A stretch of 64,000 bases of DNA from positions 31,373 through 95,372 of the forward strand of contig JAKAGM010000002.1 in assembly GCA_021815445.1 (NCBI GenBank), in the 5' to 3' direction. A program made the translations under genes and the position numbers. This DNA is from a bacterium. Its GTDB lineage: Bacteria; Patescibacteriota; Patescibacteriia; UBA10025. Numbering within the stretch: position 1 is the stretch's first letter; the number at the start of each line of letters is the position of its first letter. The notes under the pieces were generated by a model. The model had not been told where the DNA came from and did not search any database. It saw only the letters and a list, made by a program, of their open reading frames with translations. Positions 46,485-55,538 of this stretch are shown one piece after another.

Positions 46485-47687
46485 TTATCTGCCCAGTATC
46501 GCATCGAGCATCTTCGTACGGGTGATAATGGCGGCGGGTATTAATCCTGACAGCACCGACACCCACATGATCGCTTCGCTGCGGGCTATATAGTCGGCTT
46601 TATCCAAAACTAACACAGCATCGGCTATCGGCAAAACGAAAGGGTGCGCCTGGAAATATGGCGTGAGCACCAGGAGAAATATTGCCGTGCCGAGTATCAC
46701 TCCAAGTACCGAGTATACCGCAGATAAAATCACATAGCTTGTGATAATGATATACGGCTTGATGCCGATAGCCCGCAAAATGCCGATCTGCTTTTTTTTG
46801 TTGATAATATCGACATAGATCACGATAAAAATGGTTACTCCCGCGATCAATATGCCGACGGTCGACATCAGGATATTGATGCTTAAGAAACTTTCGCTGA
46901 TTGATTTCATCAGACCGGCGGCCTCTTGCCATGAGTAGACATTTGCTTCAATGCCGATGGCATGTATTTTGCTGATGATATCTTGTTCTTTTTGACCGGC
47001 GCTGATTTTGACTACAATTGTTGTGGCCTGAGTATCTGCGCCCGGCATCAATTGACCCAGAGCTTTTTCGGTAATAAACGCGCGTTTATCCGTTTCAGAA
47101 AATTTTGTCTCAAAAATTCCCTTGATGGTAAAATCCTTTGATACCCCGTCGATTGCCAATGTTACTTTTTCTCCTATCTTGGCTCCCTTGAAAGAAGACG
47201 CGCCACCCCCGTCATCTGATCCACCCGTAATCTGCCGGCCGATGATAATCGCATCTTCGTCGTTTACATTCAAATAAGAGCCCTCAATTATTTTCTGTCC
47301 GACGTTAGTTACCTTGCTTTCGTCCGCCGGATTGATTGCTAAAATTTGCCAGTTGCCTTTTAAGTTTTTGTATTTGAGCTCTGCTGGAACGAGCATTTCG
47401 GCGCTTGCCGCCTCTACTCCATTCACACTTTTTAGCGTGTCCAGAACTTTATTTTTATCCTTAATAAAATCATCGCCATCCTTCGGCGTTAGGTAGATGT
47501 TGCCTGTGAGCGTATTGATGATTTGCTTATTACTGCCGTCTATGATGCCGTTAAAAAGGGATGAAATAAAAATTAGATTAATGAAAGCAACCGCCATCAA
47601 CGAAGTCGTCAGAAAAAAGGTCCACTTCCTGCCGCGGCGGATGTATTGCCATGCTAAATAAAAGGGGAGACGAAGTTCACTTTTCAT
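46485..47687 (-). CDS. ABC transporter permease (FtsX/LolE/MacB family)
   Basis: TM1, large extracytoplasmic domain, three TMs, IGILRAIG. Confidence 0.92.
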   Translation of the reverse strand: MKSELRLPFYLAWQYIRRGRKWTFFLTTSLMAVAFINLIFISSLFNGIIDGSNKQIINTLTGNIYLTPKDGDDFIKDKNKVLDTLKSVNGVEAASAEMLVPAELKYKNLKGNWQILAINPADESKVTNVGQKIIEGSYLNVNDEDAIIIGRQITGGSDDGGGASSFKGAKIGEKVTLAIDGVSKDFTIKGIFETKFSETDKRAFITEKALGQLMPGADTQATTIVVKISAGQKEQDIISKIHAIGIEANVYSWQEAAGLMKSISESFLSINILMSTVGILIAGVTIFIVIYVDIINKKKQIGILRAIGIKPYIIITSYVILSAVYSVLGVILGTAIFLLVLTPYFQAHPFVLPIADAVLVLDKADYIARSEAIMWVSVLSGLIPAAIITRTKMLDAILGR

Positions 47688-48367
47688 ACCAGTTTCCCGT
47701 CAGAAAGTTTGATATGGCGAGTGGCATATTCGAGTTCCTCGGGTTCATGGGTGATCATGGCAATGGTGATATGCTCCTGCTCGTTCAAGGACTTAAAAAT
47801 ACGAAGCACGTCTTTGGAAGCGATTGTATCAAGGTTTGCTGTCGGTTCATCAGCGAAAAGAATCCGGGGGGCATTGATTAACGCCCGGGCGATAGCCACT
47901 TTTTGCTGCTCTCCGCCCGAGAGCTGGGTCGGCAGGCGGCGCGCTTTATCACGCAAGCCAACTTTGGCTAAAAGTGTAAGCGCCTTATCTCTCGCATCCT
48001 TTGATGTGCCGATCATCATCGCCGGGAGCATGACATTTTCCAGAGCCGACAGCTCGGCGACCAATGCGTATTCCTGGAAGATGTATCCCAGCTGGCGCAA
48101 GCGCATATCCATGCGCTTTTTTTCCGACAGACGGGTCACTTCCCGGCCGTTGATATATATCTCCCCGGTGTCAGGGGAATCCAGAAGCCCGAGCTGGTGG
48201 AGAAGCGTCGATTTGCCGGAACCGTTCCTCCCGGTAATCATGATAAATTCTCCCTGTGCGATCCGTAAAGATACATTCTTCAACGCCACAGTCTTTGCGT
48301 CACCTGAACGGTAGGACTTAGTAATGTTCTCAGTCGCAATGTGGAGATTGTTTGTATCCTGGTACAT
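47684..48367 (-). CDS. ABC transporter ATP-binding protein (LolD/MacB-like)
   Basis: GRNGSGKST, LSGGEQQ, FADEPTANLD. Confidence 0.95.
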   Translation of the reverse strand: MYQDTNNLHIATENITKSYRSGDAKTVALKNVSLRIAQGEFIMITGRNGSGKSTLLHQLGLLDSPDTGEIYINGREVTRLSEKKRMDMRLRQLGYIFQEYALVAELSALENVMLPAMMIGTSKDARDKALTLLAKVGLRDKARRLPTQLSGGEQQKVAIARALINAPRILFADEPTANLDTIASKDVLRIFKSLNEQEHITIAMITHEPEELEYATRHIKLSDGKLV

Positions 48368-49578
48368 TAGTCCAAATGTTTCAGAGTATCCATTAGTATT
48401 TCCAGCCCCTCGTCCAGCAGTTCTCGGGAAATAGTAAGCGGTGGCATAATTTGCAGGTTGTTTTCGCTGCCGACAACAATGTGCAATCCCTTCGCAAATG
48501 CCGCATCGACTACTCGTTTTGCAGTTTCAGAGTCTTTAAGTTCTACTCCGATTTCCATGCCTTTTCCGTGCAGATTAACGACTGAGCTGCCGACAAATTG
48601 TTGTAATTTCTCAATAATATGCTGCCCCTTTGATTGCGCCATTTCCCACGTTTTTTCCCGCTGGTGGATTTCGAGCGTTTTAAGCGCCGCGGCGCATGCG
48701 ACAGGGGTCCACCCAAAGGTAGTGATAAGAAAAATGTCCTGCAGTATAGACTGGAACATATCAGAGTTTCCGACCACAGTTCCGATGGCTGATGCTCCGT
48801 TGGAAATGGCTTTTGCCATCACGATCATGTCGGGTACTACGCCCTCGTGTTCAATAGCGAAAAGCTTTCCTGTCCGCGAAAAGCCGGTGCCGACTTCATC
48901 GACGGTAAGGAGCGTGCCATACTTTTTTGTCAGCTCACGCATCGACTTGAGAAAACCCGGGTACGCGACCAGCGTCGTTCCCCAGCCCGTGATGATGCCG
49001 GGTTCTGCCACCACTGCTGCGACATCCCGATGGCTAAGCGTTTCTTCTAAAGTTGCGAGGAACTGTTTCATCGCGTCCTCTCCCAAGTTCTCCGAGGGAA
49101 AGTCTAATTGCACGAACTCAGGAACCAGCGGCGCAATTTTTGCTACCGACTCTGAAGAATACCCAAGCGCCAGTGAAGCAAAAAGCTGGCCGTGGTAGCT
49201 GTTCTTGAAACCGACTATTTTTTTCCGGCCGGTGGCGGCGCGTGCGATCTTTATCGATTCCTCGATAGCTTCGGTGCCGCCGGTCGCTTTGACGCAGGCG
49301 TCAAGCCCTTGGGGGAGCGCCGCTGTGAGCTTCGCCGCGTATTCTTCCTGGACAGGATCAGTGCCCCAGAGGAGTCCCTGAACATTTTTCTTGGTTTGAG
49401 CAATAACTGCCTCGTTTACCTCCGGGTGGTTCCATCCTAAGTTGGTCACATTCCACGCGGACGTGAAGTCTATGTATCTTTTCCCGTCCCTGTCCCAAAT
49501 CAGCGAACCTTCCGCTTTTGAAATCCGAAAAAAGTTGTATTTCTTCATGTTCCGGTAGACGATGCTGTTTTCGATCAT
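48367..49578 (-). CDS. Class III PLP aminotransferase
   Basis: G.RYIDF, GTEA.E, SYHG, DEV.TGF.RTG, PD...AKA. Confidence 0.93.
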   Translation of the reverse strand: MIENSIVYRNMKKYNFFRISKAEGSLIWDRDGKRYIDFTSAWNVTNLGWNHPEVNEAVIAQTKKNVQGLLWGTDPVQEEYAAKLTAALPQGLDACVKATGGTEAIEESIKIARAATGRKKIVGFKNSYHGQLFASLALGYSSESVAKIAPLVPEFVQLDFPSENLGEDAMKQFLATLEETLSHRDVAAVVAEPGIITGWGTTLVAYPGFLKSMRELTKKYGTLLTVDEVGTGFSRTGKLFAIEHEGVVPDMIVMAKAISNGASAIGTVVGNSDMFQSILQDIFLITTFGWTPVACAAALKTLEIHQREKTWEMAQSKGQHIIEKLQQFVGSSVVNLHGKGMEIGVELKDSETAKRVVDAAFAKGLHIVVGSENNLQIMPPLTISRELLDEGLEILMDTLKHLD

Positions 49579-49655
49579 AAGGGTGTATTAATGTGTGGGC
49601 GAAAGTCTTATTAATCAGCGGAACCTATCAATATTGTGCGCGGGTTTACGAGATA

Positions 49656-51074
49656 CTACTGACTAAGCGCGAATGAAGGGTTGCTGGAATGTTGCCAGTC
49701 AACACTTACCGGGCTGCCGCCGAGATCTTTCCGATCCGGTCCGACCGAGTACACCAATTTTTGGTCCGCGGAATATGCCAGTGGCTGCCCGTTGTACGGG
49801 TCTTTGGGCACGGCATCAAGGTATTTTGGAACTATATCAGACCAACTTGCCGGGAGACGGCCATTCTCGGCTGTAAATGCTCGGGAGCCAAGCGTGGCCT
49901 CAGTGGCAGAAATTGCTACAGATTCGTTACAGCGTTTGGTGGACAGACCGCCTAATGACACTTCACCGAGAGAGGCCAGGATTTTACCGATTGCATTAGG
50001 CTTGAATATCCAGGTTGCATTCGGGTATTGCACCGGGAAAGTCCGCGGCGGATTCACGTCCACAATCGTGCAATCGGCTTCCGAGTTGCGCACGCCATCG
50101 GTCATCTGTTCAACCTTATACCGCCATGTTTGGTTTGGATGATAGTAGAATTTTGACAATCCCGAGTAGTCGAGAAAATTGCCCAAACGCGAGTTTCGCT
50201 GGATGGTGCGTCCGTTACTATCGACGCTGATGCTGTATGATCCGAGCAACGGTCCAAGGAGAGAATTTTTTTGCAAGAAATTTTTATACGCGACATACTC
50301 CATTTTCATTGCATTCGCCTGGCCATCTCGGGAATCACGGTAGTCCTCCAGCTTTTGTGCTGTCTCTTTTGCCTGTGCTGTCGTTATGGCAGTATTGAGC
50401 GCGATATGCCGCAAGCCCGTTAAACCGGTTTGTTTAATGCTGCTTGCGACAAGGTAGGTGATCAGGGCTCCTTGGCCATTTTCCATCGTGTGGCCGAATC
50501 GAACCACATCCTTTGCCTCATCCAAGCCGCCCTGGATATCGCCATTTCGCGCCCGTGATTCGGCCTCGAGCGCTGCCACTTGCGCTACTTGGCGGTATGA
50601 GGAATACACCGGAAATATTTCTGTGTCCAAGTCTATGGTAGTCGGTGACGCAAAAACCTGGTCTTGATAGCGGAATTTGCCCGCGGCCTGCCTGAAGAGA
50701 GTGATATCCGCGGCATGATCCGTGATTACTGTTGCCGCGTACGCTTCGTTTCCTGGATAATCATTTACCGCCGCCACTAACCTAGGGTCCGGTTCTGAGG
50801 GGAATGAATGCGCATTCTCAATCCGCTGCATTTCCACAAATGCGTTGTCCGTATCAGCGACAACTACGTTCGGCAAAAACAATAACGAGTCGTCCGGCCG
50901 CGGTTCATCATGAGTAAAAATTACAGCGAATAAGAAAAAGGCCGCCAGTAAAACGATGGGAATGGCTACAATGAGGAGGGAAATCGGGATAATGCGATGG
51001 GAATGGTTCATACGAGCGGTAGTTAATGCGGAGGAGGAAGTTCCACCAGTCAGCGGAGTTTTATCGTCCCGCAT
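49656..51074 (-). CDS. Membrane-anchored hypothetical protein with GspG-like C-terminal motif
   Basis: One TM; C-terminal G.LP....VPKYL..VP.DPY.G..L.Y....YSVGPD; start may be 51011. Confidence 0.6.
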   Translation of the reverse strand: MRDDKTPLTGGTSSSALTTARMNHSHRIIPISLLIVAIPIVLLAAFFLFAVIFTHDEPRPDDSLLFLPNVVVADTDNAFVEMQRIENAHSFPSEPDPRLVAAVNDYPGNEAYAATVITDHAADITLFRQAAGKFRYQDQVFASPTTIDLDTEIFPVYSSYRQVAQVAALEAESRARNGDIQGGLDEAKDVVRFGHTMENGQGALITYLVASSIKQTGLTGLRHIALNTAITTAQAKETAQKLEDYRDSRDGQANAMKMEYVAYKNFLQKNSLLGPLLGSYSISVDSNGRTIQRNSRLGNFLDYSGLSKFYYHPNQTWRYKVEQMTDGVRNSEADCTIVDVNPPRTFPVQYPNATWIFKPNAIGKILASLGEVSLGGLSTKRCNESVAISATEATLGSRAFTAENGRLPASWSDIVPKYLDAVPKDPYNGQPLAYSADQKLVYSVGPDRKDLGGSPVSVDWQHSSNPSFALSQ

Positions 51075-51357
51075 TCACGAAACTTTACATGACTCTTTGT
51101 TGTCGTAGGACGGCCTCCTCTTGGAAGATACTACTACCCTAGCAAGAAAAACCAAGAAAGTGAAGAAACGCCGATGAGCTTTTCCCTGCTGAGTTGAAGC
51201 TGAGTCGCACGTAGTACCGAGAACAAAGGCAGAAAAAAACGCTCGTATCAGGAAAGATATCGGACACTGATGTCGACCTCATCAAGATTTATGTGATAGA
51301 CTGAAAGAAGTCAAAAAATTACTGTGTAAAGAAAAAAGATGCAAAATTGCAAAGACA

Positions 51358-53415
51358 ATGAGCTTGAACGAAACTACGATCACGAAACTGGGAACTAACA
51401 AAAAGATTGCGCCGTCCGGTCTGCGAATGCGGCTGTTCATGACCAGCGGTCTGCTGTTGTTTTTAGAGTTGGCGCTTATTCGCTTTATTCCTTCGCAAAT
51501 TACCTACTTTGGGTACTACGCCAACTACATTCTACTCGCCAGTTTTGTCGGCATCGGCGTCGGAACACTGCTGGCAAGCCGGCGGTTTTCATTTCAAACA
51601 ATATTTCCCTGCCTGCTTCTAGCGGTCGTTCTGGTTTGTATGTTCTTTTCTTTCACTGTGGCACCGGGTGTAAACGGAGAAATTCGATTCACGTCGAGCA
51701 CCGAGGGATATATCCTCCCGGACTACCTCCTGGTGCCTGCCATTTTCCTCATTGTGGCGCTCACATTTGCCTCGGTAGGCCAGTATCTCGGCAGGTTGCT
51801 GGATCTCGGCAAACCGCTTGTCGTGTATACATGGGATATTCTGGGAAGCCTGGCGGGTATCGCAATCTTCACGCTTTTCTCCTACCTCCAAACGCCTCCG
51901 TGGATGTGGTTCATTGTCGTAGTGTGCCTGGCAACGGCCATGCCATGGCCCGCTCGACGGATTTTCCGGGTCTTCGCTGTAATCTTTTTTATCATGGTTG
52001 TTGCCCTATCCGTGCAGGCGGGAAAAAGTCAGCGCTGGTCCCCATACCAAAAGGTGACCACAACGCCAGTATACGAAAATTCCGTACCCCGCACTCTAAG
52101 CGGCTATCGTTTATCTGTCAATAACATCGGCCATCAGGAAATTATCCGTGATTTTTCTTCCCTACACTGGTTCTACGCCTATCCCTACAGGGCACCCAGT
52201 AATGCGACGTTCAATCGGGCCCTTATCATTGGCGCCGGTACCGGTAATGATGTTGCTGTGGCGCTTGCGCACGGCGTCAAGCATGTGGATGCGGTGGAAA
52301 TTGACCCGGTATTATTCGACATCGGTAAAAAGATTCACCCCAACAAGCCGTATGACGATCCTCGGGTGACGGTATATGTCGATGACGGCCGGGCGTTTCT
52401 GCAAAAAACGAAATCTACCTATGACTTGATTATTTACGCTCTCCCTGATTCACTGGTTTTGGCGGCTAGCCATGGCAACCTGCGATTGGAGAGTTATCTG
52501 TTCACGTTGGAATCCTTCGCTGCGGCAAAAAAGCATCTGGCGCCGGACGGGTTATTCGCACTGTACAATTTCTACCGCCAGCCCTGGCTGGTAGAAAAAA
52601 TTACCGGCATGGTCGACAGCACCTTTGGCAAGCCGTCGTATCTCTTTTATGGCAGAGATAACATAGACGGAATCGTGATGAACGGCGGACGGATTGATTC
52701 ACTGGTTCCGGAAGCCGAGCCGTCCCGCACGGTGCAAAACCCGCCGCCTCCAGCCACTGACACCTGGCCTTTCCTCTATCTTCGAAATCCCTCGGTGCCA
52801 CTGTACTATATCGAAATGCTAGCCATCATCGCGCTTATCATCAGCGGTCTCGTATTCTCAGCGCTCCGCGGAACTGCACAACGCAAACTGGAGCCGACAT
52901 ACTTCTTTCTTGGCGCCGCATTCCTCCTGTTGGAAACCAAAAGTATCACGCAGTTTGCCCTGTTGTTCGGTTCGACCTGGATGGTCAATGCGCTGGTGTT
53001 TTTTGCCATTCTTTTATTAGTGCTGGCTGCGATTCGTTTGGTTGACCGTCTGCGCATCGGCTCTCTCACACCCTGGTATATTGCACTCGGTCTTTCATTG
53101 GTTATTCAGTTTTTGGTTCCGCTGTCGATTGTGCTGCCGCTTTCGCCGGCTCTGCGCTATGTCCTCGGCGCACTATTGACACTTTTCCCGGTCTTTCTCG
53201 GCAATGTGATCTTTGCCCGGACGTTTCGGGATTCAACGCACAACGCGACAAACTTCGCATTCAACCTTCTCGGGGCGGCTGCCGGAGGCATTTTGGAATA
53301 CTCAGCGATGCTAATCGGATATCAGTATCTGGTCCTTGTTGTGATGGCGATGTACGCGCTCGCATTTATCATGCCATATGTAGGCCGTCGCCAGAAAGTT
53401 TTGACAAGCGCCTAA
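51358..53415 (+). CDS. Membrane-fused spermidine synthase-like / SAM-dependent protein
   Basis: TM bundles flanking ALIIGAGTGNDV, VEIDP, DDGRAFL, YDLI. Confidence 0.88.
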   Translation: MSLNETTITKLGTNKKIAPSGLRMRLFMTSGLLLFLELALIRFIPSQITYFGYYANYILLASFVGIGVGTLLASRRFSFQTIFPCLLLAVVLVCMFFSFTVAPGVNGEIRFTSSTEGYILPDYLLVPAIFLIVALTFASVGQYLGRLLDLGKPLVVYTWDILGSLAGIAIFTLFSYLQTPPWMWFIVVVCLATAMPWPARRIFRVFAVIFFIMVVALSVQAGKSQRWSPYQKVTTTPVYENSVPRTLSGYRLSVNNIGHQEIIRDFSSLHWFYAYPYRAPSNATFNRALIIGAGTGNDVAVALAHGVKHVDAVEIDPVLFDIGKKIHPNKPYDDPRVTVYVDDGRAFLQKTKSTYDLIIYALPDSLVLAASHGNLRLESYLFTLESFAAAKKHLAPDGLFALYNFYRQPWLVEKITGMVDSTFGKPSYLFYGRDNIDGIVMNGGRIDSLVPEAEPSRTVQNPPPPATDTWPFLYLRNPSVPLYYIEMLAIIALIISGLVFSALRGTAQRKLEPTYFFLGAAFLLLETKSITQFALLFGSTWMVNALVFFAILLLVLAAIRLVDRLRIGSLTPWYIALGLSLVIQFLVPLSIVLPLSPALRYVLGALLTLFPVFLGNVIFARTFRDSTHNATNFAFNLLGAAAGGILEYSAMLIGYQYLVLVVMAMYALAFIMPYVGRRQKVLTSA

Positions 53416-53449
53416 CATGGGATGCAATATTCACAAAAAGCCAGCTCAG

Positions 53450-53583
53450 CGGCGGTGAGTGGCGGGCGATTTATGAGTTCCGGAGCGGAGGAGGTGACGC
53501 CACAAATCGGTGGGGCAGGGATTTGTTACGGAACAAGCCCCAAACGGAGGAGAGAGGATTCGTCACGGGGGGAACCTGCAAAA
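53450..53583 (-). repeat. Degenerate tandem copies of a tRNA 3' end
   Basis: CGGAGGAGAGAGGATTCG (53545), CGGTGGGGCAGGGATTTG (53508) and CGGAGGAGGTGA (53486) resemble the tRNA end CGGAAGGGGTGAGATTCG (53584). Confidence 0.55.
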
Positions 53584-53670
53584 CGGAAGGGGTGAGATTC
53601 GAACTCACGAAGCCCGTGAAGGCTTATCGGTTTTCGAGACCGACCCGTTCGACCACTCCGGCACCCTTCC
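53584..53670 (-). tRNA. tRNA-Ser(CGA)
   Basis: GGAAGGG acceptor, TCGGT-CT-CGA-AA-ACCGA anticodon arm, long variable arm, GTGAG-TTCGAAT-CTCAC T arm, discriminator G, CCA not encoded. Confidence 0.96.
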
Positions 53671-53680
53671 ACTTTGAAGG

Positions 53681-53944
53681 CTACTTTTGTATATCAAGTA
53701 GCAAGTCGCGGATCTGCTGCTTAAGGAATCTTTTACCTTCAGTCGTTTTTAAATATTTTTCACGCCGTTCTGCGTCCGATTTTCTTGAGTAAACTTCATA
53801 ATGCACCAACCTAAGCGGGTGCCGATACTGAGTTGATTTTACTTTCCCATTTTTATGTTGCTCAAGCATACCTTCTAGATTTGTAGTGAAACCAGTATAC
53901 AACTGTTTGTTGGAAAGTAATAATATGTAAACGTAGTTGTTCAT
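53681..53944 (-). CDS. GIY-YIG nuclease
   Basis: YVYIL..LYTGFTTNL...QH..G...ST, A..REKYLKT; the Arg of RxxxH is replaced by Met. Confidence 0.9.
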   Translation of the reverse strand: MNNYVYILLLSNKQLYTGFTTNLEGMLEQHKNGKVKSTQYRHPLRLVHYEVYSRKSDAERREKYLKTTEGKRFLKQQIRDLLLDIQK

Positions 53945-53957
53945 ATAATTCAGGTAG

Positions 53958-54041
53958 CGGTTTTCGCCCTGTCATTCGACAGGGCGCCCCGAGTTTATCT
54001 CGGGGCGAGACCGACCCGTTCGACCACTCCGGCACCCTTCC
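53958..54041 (-). pseudogene. 5' half copy of tRNA-Ser with interrupted anticodon
   Basis: 54006-54041 is identical (36 nt) to 53635-53670; two hairpins are inserted at the anticodon CG; AAAACCG resumes, then similarity ends. Confidence 0.92.
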
Positions 54042-54053
54042 ATTCAGGGCTCC

Positions 54054-54082
54054 AGTGTATATAAAAAATTGGATTTAGGCAA
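54054..54082 (-). promoter_or_regulatory. tRNA locus promoter
   Basis: TTGCCT-17 nt-TACACT, 12 nt upstream of the broken tRNA copy. Confidence 0.6.
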
Positions 54083-54117
54083 TGCTTACAACACGATCAG
54101 ATTTCATTGTATAAGGA

Positions 54118-54163
54118 GGTCCCGAGATCCTTCACTGCATTCAGGACATGGTTCGGGATGACA
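54118..54163. repeat. TGTCA-type REP-like element with nested insertion
   Basis: GGTCCCGA...TCGGGATGACA enclosing GATCCTTCACTGCATTCAGGACA. Confidence 0.6.
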
Positions 54164-54176
54164 GACTCAAGTTGAA

Positions 54177-55430
54177 TCAGAACAATGACGACTGGCCCAC
54201 CGGTTTTGCCCGCTCCGCATCCGAAAAGACTTTAATGATACCGTACGTACCATCGTACCCAGGCGTTATCTGAAGCTTACCCGCTCTTACGCGCATGACA
54301 CCCTCGGCAACCATTGGCTGTGTTATTGCCCGCAGCTCTTTTTCTGGGATATTCAGAAGAATGTTAAATTCACTCTTTCCAACGTTCACGAGCCTGTCGT
54401 ATTCCGCGGCGACTGATTTGGAAAGCTTGCCCACGCCCAGCGCTTCGCCGATGATTTCAGCAAGCGGGACCAGACTTTTAAATGGCGGACGGTTGCCTGG
54501 ATTAAATCCTTGGGGACGTTGTGTTAGCGTTTCCACACGGTTCATGACGCCGACGGTCACTTTCTTCCCGCAGACGGGGCAGATGCCCTTGTGCTGTTTA
54601 GTATCCCGGGGAGACCAACGCGTTTTGCAGTTCCGATGCCCGTCCCAGTGGTACATGCCTTCCTCCGGAAAGAACTCTATGGTAAACGCAATTCTGTTCT
54701 CCGCAGATTTCTGGCGGATGGAGTCAGCTATGACCTGATATGAGCGTTCCTTCAGTTCAAACACCGTCGCTTCACGGCCGATATTGGGAGCCGAGTGAGC
54801 ATCGGAGAAAGACACGATTGATTTCGAATCAAGCTCAGCTATTCTCCAGTTCATCGGCGGGTCAGATGAAAGGCCTGTTTCTATTGCATAGATTGACGGT
54901 GCCAACTCGTCAAAACATTCCTGCAGCGAGTCAAATCCCGACATGGAGCCGAATAAACCGAACCACGGTGTCCACACGTGGGCCGGGATGACCAGACAAT
55001 CTGGCGAGGCGTCAAGGACAATTTTTGCCAGCTCTTTTGCATCAAGGCCGATGATTGGCCTGCCGTCTGACTTCAAGTTGCCGATCCAGCCGAGCTGAGC
55101 GTTTATTTTTTCCGCAACGGCAAACGACGGAGCGTACAGCAGGATGTGGACCCGTCTTCCCTTTCCATTTTTTGAGTAAATGCAACTCACTTCCGCCGAA
55201 AGCAAAAAGCGAATCGGTGACCCCGACCCCTTTTGTTTGTACAAGCCGGGCTCAGCTTCTTCGAGCTCTTCTTTCAACTCCGTGAACCATTCTGGGTGCG
55301 TAAAATCCCCGGTACCGATGACATCAATGCCTTTTTTTATCCCCCACGTCTCAAGATTCTTGATGGTCATCTCTTTAGATACGGCACGGGCGAAACGTGA
55401 ATGAATTTCAAGATCGCAAATTATCCGCAT
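54177..55430 (-). CDS. Endonuclease Q family (PHP-domain) protein
   Basis: HSRF, GTGDFTHP.W, PAHVWTPW, ETGLSSD, SDAHS, YHWDGHR.C, CPVC, PGYDG.YG. Confidence 0.92.
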   Translation of the reverse strand: MRIICDLEIHSRFARAVSKEMTIKNLETWGIKKGIDVIGTGDFTHPEWFTELKEELEEAEPGLYKQKGSGSPIRFLLSAEVSCIYSKNGKGRRVHILLYAPSFAVAEKINAQLGWIGNLKSDGRPIIGLDAKELAKIVLDASPDCLVIPAHVWTPWFGLFGSMSGFDSLQECFDELAPSIYAIETGLSSDPPMNWRIAELDSKSIVSFSDAHSAPNIGREATVFELKERSYQVIADSIRQKSAENRIAFTIEFFPEEGMYHWDGHRNCKTRWSPRDTKQHKGICPVCGKKVTVGVMNRVETLTQRPQGFNPGNRPPFKSLVPLAEIIGEALGVGKLSKSVAAEYDRLVNVGKSEFNILLNIPEKELRAITQPMVAEGVMRVRAGKLQITPGYDGTYGIIKVFSDAERAKPVGQSSLF

Positions 55431-55491
55431 ACGAAATTCGCCTGTAGTATAGCATTACCCAAGATCCATGTCGCTGTTTTTTTGTAGAGAG

Positions 55492-55517
55492 AAAAAAGCG
55501 TACTCGGGGGAGTACGC
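55492..55517 (-). terminator. Rho-independent terminator
   Basis: GCGTACTC-CCCC-GAGTACGC then TTTTTT. Confidence 0.8.
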
Positions 55518-55538
55518 GTAGAATTCCATGTTCATGTT

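Noticed and set aside
28788-51074. Integron cassette array (long run of co-oriented short genes)
   Set aside because: No integrase and no recurring RYYYAAC...GTTRRRY attC structure seen in the spacers; co-orientation is common in such genomes.
53450-53583. CRISPR array
   Set aside because: Units are too degenerate and irregular, derive from a tRNA end, and no cas genes are in the window.
53958-54041. Intron-containing or split functional tRNA
   Set aside because: After the inserted hairpins only the anticodon stem resumes; no variable arm, T arm or acceptor 3' strand follows, and there is no group I/II core.
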